64,000 nt of DNA. It comes from an uncultured Clostridia bacterium (GTDB taxonomy: Bacteria; Bacillota; Clostridia; Christensenellales; UBA1242). Each line of letters starts with the position of its first letter. Position 1 is the stretch's first letter. The position numbers and the translations under genes are program-made. Positions 46,168 through 55,557 of the stretch are shown here, in pieces. The stretch is from contig CALWPG010000006.1 of NCBI GenBank assembly GCA_944383375.1, positions 14,063 through 78,062 on the forward strand. The letters are read 5' to 3'. The notes beneath the pieces were generated by a model, which made no database searches, was not told the DNA's origin, and worked only from the letters and a program-made list of their open reading frames with translations.

Positions 46168-49100
46168 ATGAAAAAATCTATCAAAAAGGCTTGTTCAGTT
46201 GCACTAATTCTCACTTCAACAGTGGCACTTACTGGAGCAAGTGCACTTGCCGTTGAGCAAACAATTGACAATACAAATACCTTTATTCATGCTGATCAGG
46301 AAGTAGACACTCTCACCATGTTGAAAATACCTGCCTATGATGACACTGCACTTTTGGGTGAAACATACCCAATTCCAGCTGCTCAGCTTTGGGCTGGTGA
46401 AAGTAATATAACTTCAGCAAACCCAATAACCACAACTGTAAAAGATTCCATTGGAAGAGCAGTTGACATTGATGGAAATGCTTTTGTCGTAAACGGTATC
46501 GGAACTTATACCATAACATACTCTGTAAATTATGGTGGCACTGATTACTCAACCAGCATTGAAGTAAACGCAAGCGTAAGTGAAAATCATATTGAAGTGG
46601 TTGAAAACACAAACCGTACACTTCCTGGTGATGTATATCAAAGTTACACTGGCAATATTTATATACCAAATGCTCAGGTCATATTCGCTGATGAGGACCT
46701 TGCGCAAGAATACGAAATAACCACAACAGTAACCTCACCAAGTCAAGAAAATATCACATTCAATCAAGAGACGGGTCTTTTGAATGTTGAGACTTTGGAA
46801 GAAGGAACTTACACAGTAAGATACACAGCACACACAACAAGTGGCATATATCTTGACAGCACAACAGTTGAGTTTACAGTTTTAAGTGACACAGCTTTTG
46901 AAAGCAAATACGGTGATACTGATTACACACTTTCTTTTGAATATTCTTCAACTGTTCCAACATCTGCAGATATTGGAGATGAACTTGTTTTGCCACAGGC
47001 AATAGGTTCCATAGGTGACCAACAAACACCTGTATACTACACAGTTCAAGCATTTGTGTATATTGATGGTAGAACTCATGAAGTAACAAATCAAACCATT
47101 TCCACAAACGAAGATGACAGATATGTATTCACGGCTCAGAAAAAGTATACAATTGGAGGTCAAGAGTACACAGTTACAAATGGTAGATACCAATTCTACT
47201 ATAACGTTACTGACGCACTTGGCAAAACTGCAGAGAGAGATGGTTTTATCATAACTGGAGTCAAAGATACACAAAAACCAGAAGTTATAATAACTGATCC
47301 ATACACAATTGGTGATGAAAATATAACTAGCAAAAGTTACAAACTTCAAAATAACTTCCAAACGGGACAAAATATCATTCTAAAGGCGATGTATGCTGAA
47401 GATTTGTCTGACGACTTGTCGGAATTAACTATGGTAAGATACATCAGAAAGACAACTCAATCAAGTACAGAACAAGATATCTATACAGATGCCAACAGTG
47501 AAGTTGAAAATGTATTTACAAAAGATATAGTGTTCAACAAATCATCAGATTACGTGATTGATCCAAGCACACAAATAGATGGCGGCACTCTTGAAAACGG
47601 AACATACAGAATGTACTATCGTGCTACTGATAGTGCTGGCAATGTAACCACAGAAACTTTCACTTTTGAAGTGGATAACACATTTGAGTTCACTAGCGAC
47701 ACGACCATTGAGTTCCAAGATACTTTCCCAATATCCATAAACAAGGGAGACAGAGTTACTTTCACAAGTCCACTTGCAACAAATGACGATGATGAAAGAC
47801 TGGAGACCCGTATATATTACAAGTTTGACAACAGTCAGGGTACAGGTTGGGATGCTTGGACTCTCCTTGAGCTAAATGAGGACGGAAGTTATGTTATACC
47901 AACAGATGTCGATGGCGCAACATCACTGACAATTCGTGCAATGGCTATTTCAGATGCTCCAACAACAGCACTTGAGACTGCAGTTGATGAAAGTGCAGAC
48001 ATTTCAACTTATGAAGGCAAAAAATATGGTTTTGATGAGGTAACAATTTCGATTAGAGATAGCCAAGATCAAGAAGTTCCACAAATTGTAACACTTGGCG
48101 ATTGGGAATCTGAGTATCATCAAAATGATGACATTACTCTTCCTACATTGACACTTGAAGATGACCTTTTGGAGTATGTCGATGTCGATGTTAAAATAAC
48201 TCATCTAGACGAAGAAAGCGATGAGACACAAGCTTTCTATGCAGAAAATGCAGTGCTAGCTACAATCGGTGGTCAAAAGACATTCAGTGGCGCAACTTTC
48301 TATGCAAATCTTGCAGGAAGATACGATATTATATACGAAATTACCGATGCGGCAAACAATAAAATCTGTGTGTTCCAAAGTATTAATGTGTTGGAAAATG
48401 AAACAGTTTCACAACCACACTTTGGTAATTTGCCAGAACAATTAAATGGTGGAACACTTGAATTTGGTCAATCACTTACTTTGCCTATTCCACAACTTCC
48501 AAATGAAAACTATGACTATAATGTCAATGTACGTGGTCCAGTTGGAAGCCAGATCAACAAAGAGACATTCACTCCAAAGAGAGAGGGGACATACACTGTA
48601 GTATATACTCTTTATCATAAAGACTCACCAGAAGTGGCTTTGGATACAAAAGAGTTTGTTCTTGAGGTCAGTGACGCCACTGCTCCAACAGTGAGAGTTG
48701 AATGGAACTTAAATGACTCATATGCAGTTGGAAGTAGGGTACTCATTCCTGTATTCTCTGCAAGCGATGTTTCGGGCATCAATCTTAAGGATTCCACAAT
48801 TGTCATTTCATCAAATAGTTTCAGACGTGAAATATCTGGAGATGAAGTTGCAAATCTATATGAACAATATCTTGGTTGGCTTGCTGAAGAAGAGCAGATA
48901 GCACAAGGTACACTAGAGAGCCATAGCGCAAAATATGCTACAGCGGGTGACTTGTATGTAACACTTAATTACAACGAAGTATATACTGTGACATACACTA
49001 TCTACGATAATTCAACATCAAGAAGATCAGCAGTTGTAACAAGAACCATAAGAGTAGGTGACCTTGTTGATCCAACAATAATACTACCTGAAAACTTTGT

Positions 49101-49533
49101 TCCAACCACTGTTAAAATTGATGACAACACACCACTAACTTTTGATACAAAAGGTATTACCGTAACCGATACAGACGGAGAGGGTAATAGAGTAGAAATT
49201 GATTCAAGCAGAGTTACAATTACCGTACGTGGGCCAAATGGTAATCTTGACAATGTTCACACAGATAACAACGGCGATGTAATAAATGATGGTGTATTTG
49301 AATTTATGATTGATACAGCAGGTGAATACACTGTAACAATTAGAGTACTTGACGATGCTGGAAATGATGGTGAAATTGTAAGAACATTCACAGTCAATGA
49401 GCTGGGAATTTCACCTCTTAGTGATAATGAAATTATAACAATTGTGTTGATTTGTGTTGCAGTATTAGTTCTAGCAGGTGCAGTTGTGTATGCAATTATC
49501 TCAAGCAAAAACACAAAGGCTTATAAACAATAA
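46168..49533 (+). CDS. Large surface adhesin with multiple Ig-like (HYR/DUF5011-type) repeats and a C-terminal TM anchor
   Basis: Signal peptide MKKSIKKACSVALILTSTVALTGASALA. At least seven occurrences of the G.Y...Y...D..GN motif (GTYRMYYRATDSAGNVTT, GRYDIIYEITDAANNK, GEYTVTIRVLDDAGNDG, and others). C-terminal TM IITIVLICVAVLVLAGAVVYAII plus a basic tail. Confidence 0.7.
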   Translation: MKKSIKKACSVALILTSTVALTGASALAVEQTIDNTNTFIHADQEVDTLTMLKIPAYDDTALLGETYPIPAAQLWAGESNITSANPITTTVKDSIGRAVDIDGNAFVVNGIGTYTITYSVNYGGTDYSTSIEVNASVSENHIEVVENTNRTLPGDVYQSYTGNIYIPNAQVIFADEDLAQEYEITTTVTSPSQENITFNQETGLLNVETLEEGTYTVRYTAHTTSGIYLDSTTVEFTVLSDTAFESKYGDTDYTLSFEYSSTVPTSADIGDELVLPQAIGSIGDQQTPVYYTVQAFVYIDGRTHEVTNQTISTNEDDRYVFTAQKKYTIGGQEYTVTNGRYQFYYNVTDALGKTAERDGFIITGVKDTQKPEVIITDPYTIGDENITSKSYKLQNNFQTGQNIILKAMYAEDLSDDLSELTMVRYIRKTTQSSTEQDIYTDANSEVENVFTKDIVFNKSSDYVIDPSTQIDGGTLENGTYRMYYRATDSAGNVTTETFTFEVDNTFEFTSDTTIEFQDTFPISINKGDRVTFTSPLATNDDDERLETRIYYKFDNSQGTGWDAWTLLELNEDGSYVIPTDVDGATSLTIRAMAISDAPTTALETAVDESADISTYEGKKYGFDEVTISIRDSQDQEVPQIVTLGDWESEYHQNDDITLPTLTLEDDLLEYVDVDVKITHLDEESDETQAFYAENAVLATIGGQKTFSGATFYANLAGRYDIIYEITDAANNKICVFQSINVLENETVSQPHFGNLPEQLNGGTLEFGQSLTLPIPQLPNENYDYNVNVRGPVGSQINKETFTPKREGTYTVVYTLYHKDSPEVALDTKEFVLEVSDATAPTVRVEWNLNDSYAVGSRVLIPVFSASDVSGINLKDSTIVISSNSFRREISGDEVANLYEQYLGWLAEEEQIAQGTLESHSAKYATAGDLYVTLNYNEVYTVTYTIYDNSTSRRSAVVTRTIRVGDLVDPTIILPENFVPTTVKIDDNTPLTFDTKGITVTDTDGEGNRVEIDSSRVTITVRGPNGNLDNVHTDNNGDVINDGVFEFMIDTAGEYTVTIRVLDDAGNDGEIVRTFTVNELGISPLSDNEIITIVLICVAVLVLAGAVVYAIISSKNTKAYKQ

Positions 49534-49548
49534 TGTGTATAATAAAAA

Positions 49549-49576
49549 ATAGCGACTTACCTTCGCTATTTTTTTA
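49549..49576 (+). terminator. Intrinsic terminator after the adhesin gene
   Basis: ATAGCGA (49549-49555) / TCGCTAT (49563-49569) followed by a T-run. Confidence 0.7.
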
Positions 49577-49606
49577 TTTACATCATATACTATTTTGTGA
49601 TATAAA
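49577..49606 (+). promoter_or_regulatory. Candidate promoter abutting the start codon (leaderless-type arrangement)
   Basis: TTTACA (49577-49582), 18-nt spacer, TGaTATAAA (hexamer 49601-49606). The ATG lies at 49613, only 6 nt downstream, with no SD. Confidence 0.4.
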
Positions 49607-49612
49607 TTAAGT

Positions 49613-51055
49613 ATGAAAAAACTAGCTGATTTTTTTGCTTCACTGACTAATACTGATGAGGATTTTCCTTTTCTTTTGGATATGTTAAACCAGCCTTCTT
49701 CCACCGAGGAGGATTTTTTTGCCAAAATCGATATTGCAAAATATATTAAAGACAATTATATATATCATGGCACCATGTTAGAAAAAAAAATTCTAGATCT
49801 GGATAAAGAGATATTCTCATATTTGGAATCGAAAATAAATGTTAAAAATAGCAAACGTGATTGGGATGGAATGTTGTTTTATTTGGACAAAGTCAACAAT
49901 TACTTTAATGTATCTAAAAATGTGCTAATTTTTGATAGTTTAGATGACTTTTACATATTTAGTTTATTAAATCCCAAGAAGAATATAAAATTGATTTTTG
50001 GTATTGAGCATTGGTATTTTTTGAAAAGGGGCGTGGCATATAGGCACAAAGAAGATTACAAAAATGCAATATTAAATTTTGAAAATGCCATCAAATGTGC
50101 ACCTATGTCCATGACTTTGTATGAAGAATATTTGGGTTGTTTGTTTGAAAGTGGGGAATATGAACGTGCAAAAAAAATCTTGGAGCAATATCACAGATAT
50201 TGTCGTTCTCAATATCATTTAGGTGTGTACTTTTATTTTACTTCACTTTATTACTTCAAACAAAAAAATTATTTTGTCACACATGCTTGTATATGGTATG
50301 CATTAAAGTTTGATATCACTTTGGCGATGAAAAATTCATTGGTTGAAATGCTTACTCAAATCATGTCAAATAATGAGTTGGTTTTGGATGCATTTGGTGT
50401 CAAAGTTTATGAAACCTTGGGGAAAAATGACATTCCAGTTTGGTTTGATATTGATATGATGTACGCAAATTTAGACATGTACAAATCCTGTGTTTTATCT
50501 CCTTTGGCTGAAATGAAGGCTTTGAGAAAAACTGTTAGAAAAAGATTGATACAATTCAAGCTCTTGCCTTACGTAGAGCAAATTGAAGTAAATCTTGAGA
50601 CAAAAGATCATATCATTTTACTAAATAATTCCTCTTTGTCATTAAAATTGGACAAAGAATGGCAAATCATATATCAAAATGACGACACAGAAAGTGGAGT
50701 TTTGCTTGAACTTGAAAAGGATGAAGATTTTTTAACAATTTCCGCAAAGGTTGATAATAATGCTTTTGATGATTTATATAATGATGAAATAAAAGGGTTT
50801 ATTGTTTCTGGTTGTGAAATTAAAAATGAGCGTGAATATTTCACAATAAATAAAAAGAATATAAAAATTTTTGATGTGTATTTGAAACAAAACTATAATT
50901 CAAGTGTGATGTGTTTAAAAGTCAAAAATAAATTTTTAATTTTTAGATTAGTAAAAAATAGTGATGAGGAGGATAAATTTTTTATTAAACTTTCAAATTC
51001 TGTAAAGATTTACAATAATATAGAAAAAATTGTAAAAATGGGACAATTCACATAA
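49613..51055 (+). CDS. Hypothetical cytoplasmic protein with TPR-like repeats
   Basis: 480 aa. TPR-like AYRHKEDYKNAILNFENAIKCAP and neighbouring helical repeats. No signal peptide or TM. Confidence 0.55.
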   Translation: MKKLADFFASLTNTDEDFPFLLDMLNQPSSTEEDFFAKIDIAKYIKDNYIYHGTMLEKKILDLDKEIFSYLESKINVKNSKRDWDGMLFYLDKVNNYFNVSKNVLIFDSLDDFYIFSLLNPKKNIKLIFGIEHWYFLKRGVAYRHKEDYKNAILNFENAIKCAPMSMTLYEEYLGCLFESGEYERAKKILEQYHRYCRSQYHLGVYFYFTSLYYFKQKNYFVTHACIWYALKFDITLAMKNSLVEMLTQIMSNNELVLDAFGVKVYETLGKNDIPVWFDIDMMYANLDMYKSCVLSPLAEMKALRKTVRKRLIQFKLLPYVEQIEVNLETKDHIILLNNSSLSLKLDKEWQIIYQNDDTESGVLLELEKDEDFLTISAKVDNNAFDDLYNDEIKGFIVSGCEIKNEREYFTINKKNIKIFDVYLKQNYNSSVMCLKVKNKFLIFRLVKNSDEEDKFFIKLSNSVKIYNNIEKIVKMGQFT

Positions 51056-51083
51056 CTTAATTATTAAATTTGTGTCAAATAAC

Positions 51084-51111
51084 TTGAAATAAAACAAAGA
51101 TATGATACAAT
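51084..51111 (+). promoter_or_regulatory. Candidate promoter abutting the start codon (leaderless-type arrangement)
   Basis: TTGAAA (51084-51089), 16-nt spacer, TGaTACAAT (hexamer 51106-51111). ATG at 51118, with no SD. Confidence 0.4.
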
Positions 51112-51117
51112 AGTTGT

Positions 51118-51588
51118 ATGAAAAATATAGTTATTTTGGGTTTGAATTATGAATATAATATACAAATAGGGCAATTACTTACTGAAAAACTTGATATGTA
51201 CCTTCTTGACTTTAAACAGTATGTTGAATATGACCTATTTTCAACAAAAGACATGTTAGAAAAATGTGGAGTAGATTATTTAAATAAACAAGAAAAAAAA
51301 TGTTTAAAAAAATGTTCTGAATTCGAAAAATCTGTAATATGTGTGCCATATAGCTATTTTTTTGATGAAGATGCATATAAATTATTTAAATCTGATTACA
51401 TCGTGTATCTTTATTTTTCTAAGCAAAAACTTCAAAATGTTAAAAGCGATGACACACTGGCATTGGATTTAATTGTATTTGATGAACGAGATCAAGATTT
51501 AAGTGAGAATTGCAATAAAAAAATTGTTGTTTCTAACAAAAAACCACAAACTATTGTCAATGAAATAATAAGTTATGTAAGAGGATAA
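51118..51588 (+). CDS. Shikimate-kinase/AAA-like small protein with a degenerate P-loop
   Basis: MKNIVILGLNYEYNIQIGQLLTEKLDMYLLD aligns by eye to shikimate kinase MKNIVLIGFMGSGKST.G..LA..L....D, but the GxxGxGK[ST] motif is replaced by GLNYEYNI. Confidence 0.45.
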   Translation: MKNIVILGLNYEYNIQIGQLLTEKLDMYLLDFKQYVEYDLFSTKDMLEKCGVDYLNKQEKKCLKKCSEFEKSVICVPYSYFFDEDAYKLFKSDYIVYLYFSKQKLQNVKSDDTLALDLIVFDERDQDLSENCNKKIVVSNKKPQTIVNEIISYVRG

Positions 51589-51590
51589 GT

Positions 51591-53558
51591 ATGAATATTA
51601 ATCAAAAAAGCATAAATCATCTTAGATGTTTATCTGCTGAAATGATAACCAATGCAAATAGTGGTCATCCTGGTGTGGCTCTTGGTGCTGCGACAATATT
51701 TTATGCACTATTTAAAGATCATTATTTTTATGATGTGAAAGACCATGATTTTATGGCTCGCGATAGGTTTGTTGTATCTGCTGGACATGCAAGTGCTCTT
51801 TATTATGCCACCGCCTATATGTTCAATTTCGGACTAGTCGAAAATGATTTAAAAAATTTTCGAAAATTTGATTCAATCACCCCAGGTCATCCAGAATATG
51901 GTTTGACAAATTTTGTGGAAACTTCCACAGGTCCACTTGGTCAGGGGGTTGCAAATGCTGTCGGCATGGCTATTGGGCAAACCACATTGTCCGAACGTTT
52001 TAATGCACAAAAATTTCCAGTATTTGATAATTATATATATTGCTTTTGTGGTGATGGATGCCTCATGGAAGGTGTGGCACAAGAAGCCGTCAGCCTTGCT
52101 GGTACACTGAAACTAAATAAATTAATTTTGCTGTATGATTACAATAATATAACCATAGATGGAAGCGCAGATATTGCGAATGCAGAAAATGTTAAGAAAA
52201 AATTTAAAGCCATGAACTGGAATGTAATATATGTAAGAAATGGCAATAATTATCACTGTGTTACAAAAGCCATTGCAAGGGCGAAAAAAAGTTCAACCAA
52301 ACCAACGATAATAATTTTTAAAACCACCATAGGTTATGGTTCGGTGTCAGCCGGAAAAAATACCATTCACGGCAAGCCATTTTCTTTGCAGGAGTTGTCA
52401 AGTCTCAAAAAAAATTTAATGGTCAATGAAAGTTTTAGTTTGCCAAAAGATGTCAAAGATCATGCTTTGAAAACTACGCAAAAGAATAACGCAGCAGTGG
52501 AAAAATGGAATAATATGTTTGCTATATACAAAATGGCAAATCCAGAACTATACAAACAACTCGTTGCATTCCTTTCAAATAAACAAATAGATGTACAAAA
52601 ATTAATCAAAGATGAAATCATCAACCAGAACCTAAGTGGCAGAGATGCAAATGAATTGGTTCTTAAAGATATTTCACAAAAGCTTCCACGGCTAATTGGT
52701 GGTACTGCTGATCTTGCGCCAAGCACAAAGGCGTACATTGGAGGCGGTGGTGATTATAGCAGTATAAATCGAAAGGGCAGAAACATTCACTTTGGAATTC
52801 GTGAACATGCCATGGGAGCAATTTGCAATGGCATTACTTTGATGCTCAAAACTCCATCTTTTTGTTCCACCTTTCTCACATTCTCAAACTATATGATGCC
52901 ACCAGTTCGAATGAGTGCGCTCATGAATATTCCTGTATGGTACATGTTTACTCATGATAGTTACAAGGTTGGAGAAGATGGGCCAACACATCAACCGGTG
53001 GAACAACTTGGTTCATTAAGGCTTATGCCAAACTTAAATGTTTTTCGTCCTGCATTTACAAAAGAGCTTTATGCATGCTATGACATTGCACTGTCTTCGT
53101 CATGTCCTAGTGCTTTTGTACTTTCTAAACAAACCCTCAAATCACAGCTTGCAAATTTTGATGACATTAAAAAGGGTGGCTATGTTTTAAGTGGCGAAAA
53201 TGGCAAAGTCGAAATCTTGGCAACGGGAAGTGAAGTTGAATTGGCAATGAAAGTCAAGGATATACTCGAAAGTCAAGACATTTCATGTGTAGTTGCAAGT
53301 TTTCCATGTCTTGAAGAGTTTGACCGACAACCTGAAAAGTATAAGCATGACGTACTTTCTCGTGGTGACCTTTTGGTTAGTTTGGAAGCTTCCAATGACG
53401 ATATTTGGTATAAGTATATAGGAAAAGATGGCCTTAAATTAGGTATACAGCAGTTTGGGAAAAGTGGTAAGCCAGCAGATCTTGATGAATATTATGACAT
53501 GACAGTATCAAGTGTTGTAAAGAAAATTAAAAAAAATTTGAATTTAGTGAATAATTGA
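51591..53558 (+). CDS. tkt: Transketolase
   Basis: SGHPG, DRFVVSAGHAS, GDGCLMEGV (ThDP motif) and HDSYKVGEDGPTHQPVE. Confidence 0.95.
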   Translation: MNINQKSINHLRCLSAEMITNANSGHPGVALGAATIFYALFKDHYFYDVKDHDFMARDRFVVSAGHASALYYATAYMFNFGLVENDLKNFRKFDSITPGHPEYGLTNFVETSTGPLGQGVANAVGMAIGQTTLSERFNAQKFPVFDNYIYCFCGDGCLMEGVAQEAVSLAGTLKLNKLILLYDYNNITIDGSADIANAENVKKKFKAMNWNVIYVRNGNNYHCVTKAIARAKKSSTKPTIIIFKTTIGYGSVSAGKNTIHGKPFSLQELSSLKKNLMVNESFSLPKDVKDHALKTTQKNNAAVEKWNNMFAIYKMANPELYKQLVAFLSNKQIDVQKLIKDEIINQNLSGRDANELVLKDISQKLPRLIGGTADLAPSTKAYIGGGGDYSSINRKGRNIHFGIREHAMGAICNGITLMLKTPSFCSTFLTFSNYMMPPVRMSALMNIPVWYMFTHDSYKVGEDGPTHQPVEQLGSLRLMPNLNVFRPAFTKELYACYDIALSSSCPSAFVLSKQTLKSQLANFDDIKKGGYVLSGENGKVEILATGSEVELAMKVKDILESQDISCVVASFPCLEEFDRQPEKYKHDVLSRGDLLVSLEASNDDIWYKYIGKDGLKLGIQQFGKSGKPADLDEYYDMTVSSVVKKIKKNLNLVNN

Positions 53559-53628
53559 TTTTCACTTGCATATAATATATACGTAGGAAAAATTATTAAA
53601 ATATAGACATTTTCCTACCTAGCAAAAA

Positions 53629-53660
53629 GTCGCAACAGTATCAGCGGTTGCGACTTTTTT
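53629..53660 (+). terminator. Intrinsic terminator after tkt, preceded by a second hairpin at 53583-53618
   Basis: GTCGCAAC (53629-53636) / GTTGCGAC (53647-53654) followed by TTTTTT. The upstream 9-bp hairpin is GTAGGAAAA / TTTTCCTAC. Confidence 0.75.
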
Positions 53661-53690
53661 GCATTTTTTATAAATTTTTATCAAAATATT

Positions 53691-53718
53691 TTGCTTTTAT
53701 TTTTGTATTTGTTATACT
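53691..53718 (+). promoter_or_regulatory. Sigma-A-type promoter of hpf
   Basis: TTGCTT (53691-53696), 16-nt spacer, extended -10 TGtTATACT (hexamer 53713-53718). Confidence 0.5.
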
Positions 53719-53738
53719 TAAAATACTTGGAGGAAGAT

Positions 53739-54269
53739 ATGAAAATTGAAATCATAGAAAGAAATTACGATGTAGGTATCCGCCTAAGAACTCTTCTTGA
53801 AAAAAAGATTGAAAAGTTGAATAGATATTTTCAAGACACTGCTATAGCTCGTGTTGTCTGTGCAAGTGAAGGCAAAAGGTTTAAGCTAGAACTCACCATA
53901 AAAAATAAGGGAAACATATACAGAAGCGAAACTTATGGTGAAAACATGTATGAAAATATAGATATTGTTTTGCCTAAAATTGAACGTCAGATAATAAAGT
54001 ATTATTCAAAAAATAGGGATAAATTTAAAAAGAATGCTATGGATGTTCAAAGTTTTGAATTTATCGAGGAAGCACCACAAAACTCTGAAAAGACCATATA
54101 TAAGCACAAAGTATTTGATCTGGATCCAATTTTGGTTGAGGATGCAAAAGAATATCTAGAAAATTTGGAACACGACTTTTATGTTTTCCTAAATGCTGAA
54201 ACAGGGAAGGTAAATGTTCTTTACAATCGTAAGGACGGAGAATTGGGCCTTATTGAGTGCAGATATTGA
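53739..54269 (+). CDS. hpf: Ribosome hibernation-promoting factor (long HPF)
   Basis: ATG 53739 is preceded by GGAGGA (the track ORF starts at 53691). RaiA/S30AE N-domain and the C-terminal dimerisation domain (KHKVFDLDPILVEDAKEYLENLEHDFYVFLNAETGKVNVLYNRKDGELGLIE). Confidence 0.88.
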   Translation: MKIEIIERNYDVGIRLRTLLEKKIEKLNRYFQDTAIARVVCASEGKRFKLELTIKNKGNIYRSETYGENMYENIDIVLPKIERQIIKYYSKNRDKFKKNAMDVQSFEFIEEAPQNSEKTIYKHKVFDLDPILVEDAKEYLENLEHDFYVFLNAETGKVNVLYNRKDGELGLIECRY

Positions 54270-54334
54270 TGGTTAAAATAACCAATTTTTGAGAATACTC
54301 TCTATGTTGATTAGTCAGCAATGGAGAGTTTTTT

Positions 54335-54820
54335 ATGAGAAAAAGAATTATTGTATTTTTGTTAACTTGTCTTTTAATTTTATCAGCTTGTGATGGTCAA
54401 AATGCCCTAAGTGTCAGTTTTTCAGATGCCACATCATCAGGATCAACTTCAAAATTGATCAAAGTGGTTTATCAAGAAGAAAGAGATTATGAAGATAAAC
54501 AAACAGATATACTTATTAAATCAGATACAGATAATTTCACTTTTACAATAACAAGAGAGCTGGGAGAAAGTTACACCTTGAATTTACCAAGTTCACAAAC
54601 TTATTACAGTTTGACAAAACTAATAGCAGATAGAAATTTAAAAACTGCATCTTTTATAAATTATACCGATGCTTTGTCAGTATCTTATATTCTAACTTCT
54701 CAAGGAGAAGGTGAGTTAACATTCTTGGCTATTGTGGGTGAAGATAATAATAATGAAATGCTTGCAAATTCTTTTGAAGTTTCACGGCCATTTAGTTTAC
54801 AATTTGAACAAAAAAAGTAA
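54335..54820 (+). CDS. Lipoprotein (unknown function)
   Basis: Signal peptide with the lipobox LILSAC (MRKRIIVFLLTCLLILSAC). SD GGAGAG. Confidence 0.65.
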   Translation: MRKRIIVFLLTCLLILSACDGQNALSVSFSDATSSGSTSKLIKVVYQEERDYEDKQTDILIKSDTDNFTFTITRELGESYTLNLPSSQTYYSLTKLIADRNLKTASFINYTDALSVSYILTSQGEGELTFLAIVGEDNNNEMLANSFEVSRPFSLQFEQKK

Positions 54821-54829
54821 GCAAATTGT

Positions 54830-54858
54830 TTGAATTATTTTAAGATTTATTGTATATT
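54830..54858 (+). promoter_or_regulatory. Candidate promoter abutting the start codon (leaderless-type arrangement)
   Basis: TTGAAT (54830-54835), 17-nt spacer, TATATT (54853-54858). ATG at 54865, with no SD. Confidence 0.4.
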
Positions 54859-54864
54859 TAAAAT

Positions 54865-55509
54865 ATGATAGAAATAAAAAATTTATATCTTAAATATATC
54901 CGCGAATATTATGCACTTTATGATGTAAGTCTTCACATTTCAAAAGGCGAGAGCATTGCACTAGTGGGCGATGAGGGCAGCGGTAAGACTACCTTGCTTC
55001 GTGTGCTTGCAAAGCTTGAAAAATATGATAAGGGTGAAATTTATGTCAGGGACATAAACCTAAAAAAATTAGATTTTAAAACCGATATTAATCTAGGATA
55101 TATCTCCGTTGTGCCTGTTTTTTTTGAGAATAAGACCATTTATGAAAATTTAAAATATGTTTTAAAGACAAGAAAGATTAAGCCTGCAATAATTGAAGAA
55201 AAAGTTAATTCTGTTATTATAGAATTTTCTATTGAGACATTACGCAACAAAAAAATAAATGAGCTCACACTTTATGAAAAATATATAGTATGCATTGCAA
55301 GACTATCGCTGCGTGATCTGGATATTTTGCTTATTGATGACATATTTGAAAAATTAGATAGTGAACAAATTTCACATATACTTCCCATCATAAAAAAGCA
55401 GTTTATAGAAAAGAAAGTAACCACTTTAATTGCAACCAGCAACGAAACTTTGCTCAAGGGCATTTGTAAGAGGTTTATTCATTTTCAAAATGGGTCTGTG
55501 GTTAATTGA
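54865..55509 (+). CDS. Orphan ABC-type ATPase with degenerate signature and Walker B motifs
   Basis: Walker A GDEGSGKTT is intact. LTLYEK occupies the position expected for LSGGQ. Walker B reads ILLIDDI, with Asp where the catalytic Glu normally follows. No permease gene is adjacent. Confidence 0.6.
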   Translation: MIEIKNLYLKYIREYYALYDVSLHISKGESIALVGDEGSGKTTLLRVLAKLEKYDKGEIYVRDINLKKLDFKTDINLGYISVVPVFFENKTIYENLKYVLKTRKIKPAIIEEKVNSVIIEFSIETLRNKKINELTLYEKYIVCIARLSLRDLDILLIDDIFEKLDSEQISHILPIIKKQFIEKKVTTLIATSNETLLKGICKRFIHFQNGSVVN

Positions 55510-55514
55510 CAAAA

Positions 55515-55557
55515 AAATTTGCCTCAAATATAAAAGTTGTTTGAAGCAAATTTTTTT
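55515..55557. terminator. Bidirectional terminator between the ABC ATPase gene and hicA
   Basis: AAATTTGCCTCAAA (55515-55528) pairs with TTTGAAGCAAATTT (55540-55553) with 13 of 14 bp matched. A-run on the left, T-run on the right. Confidence 0.65.
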
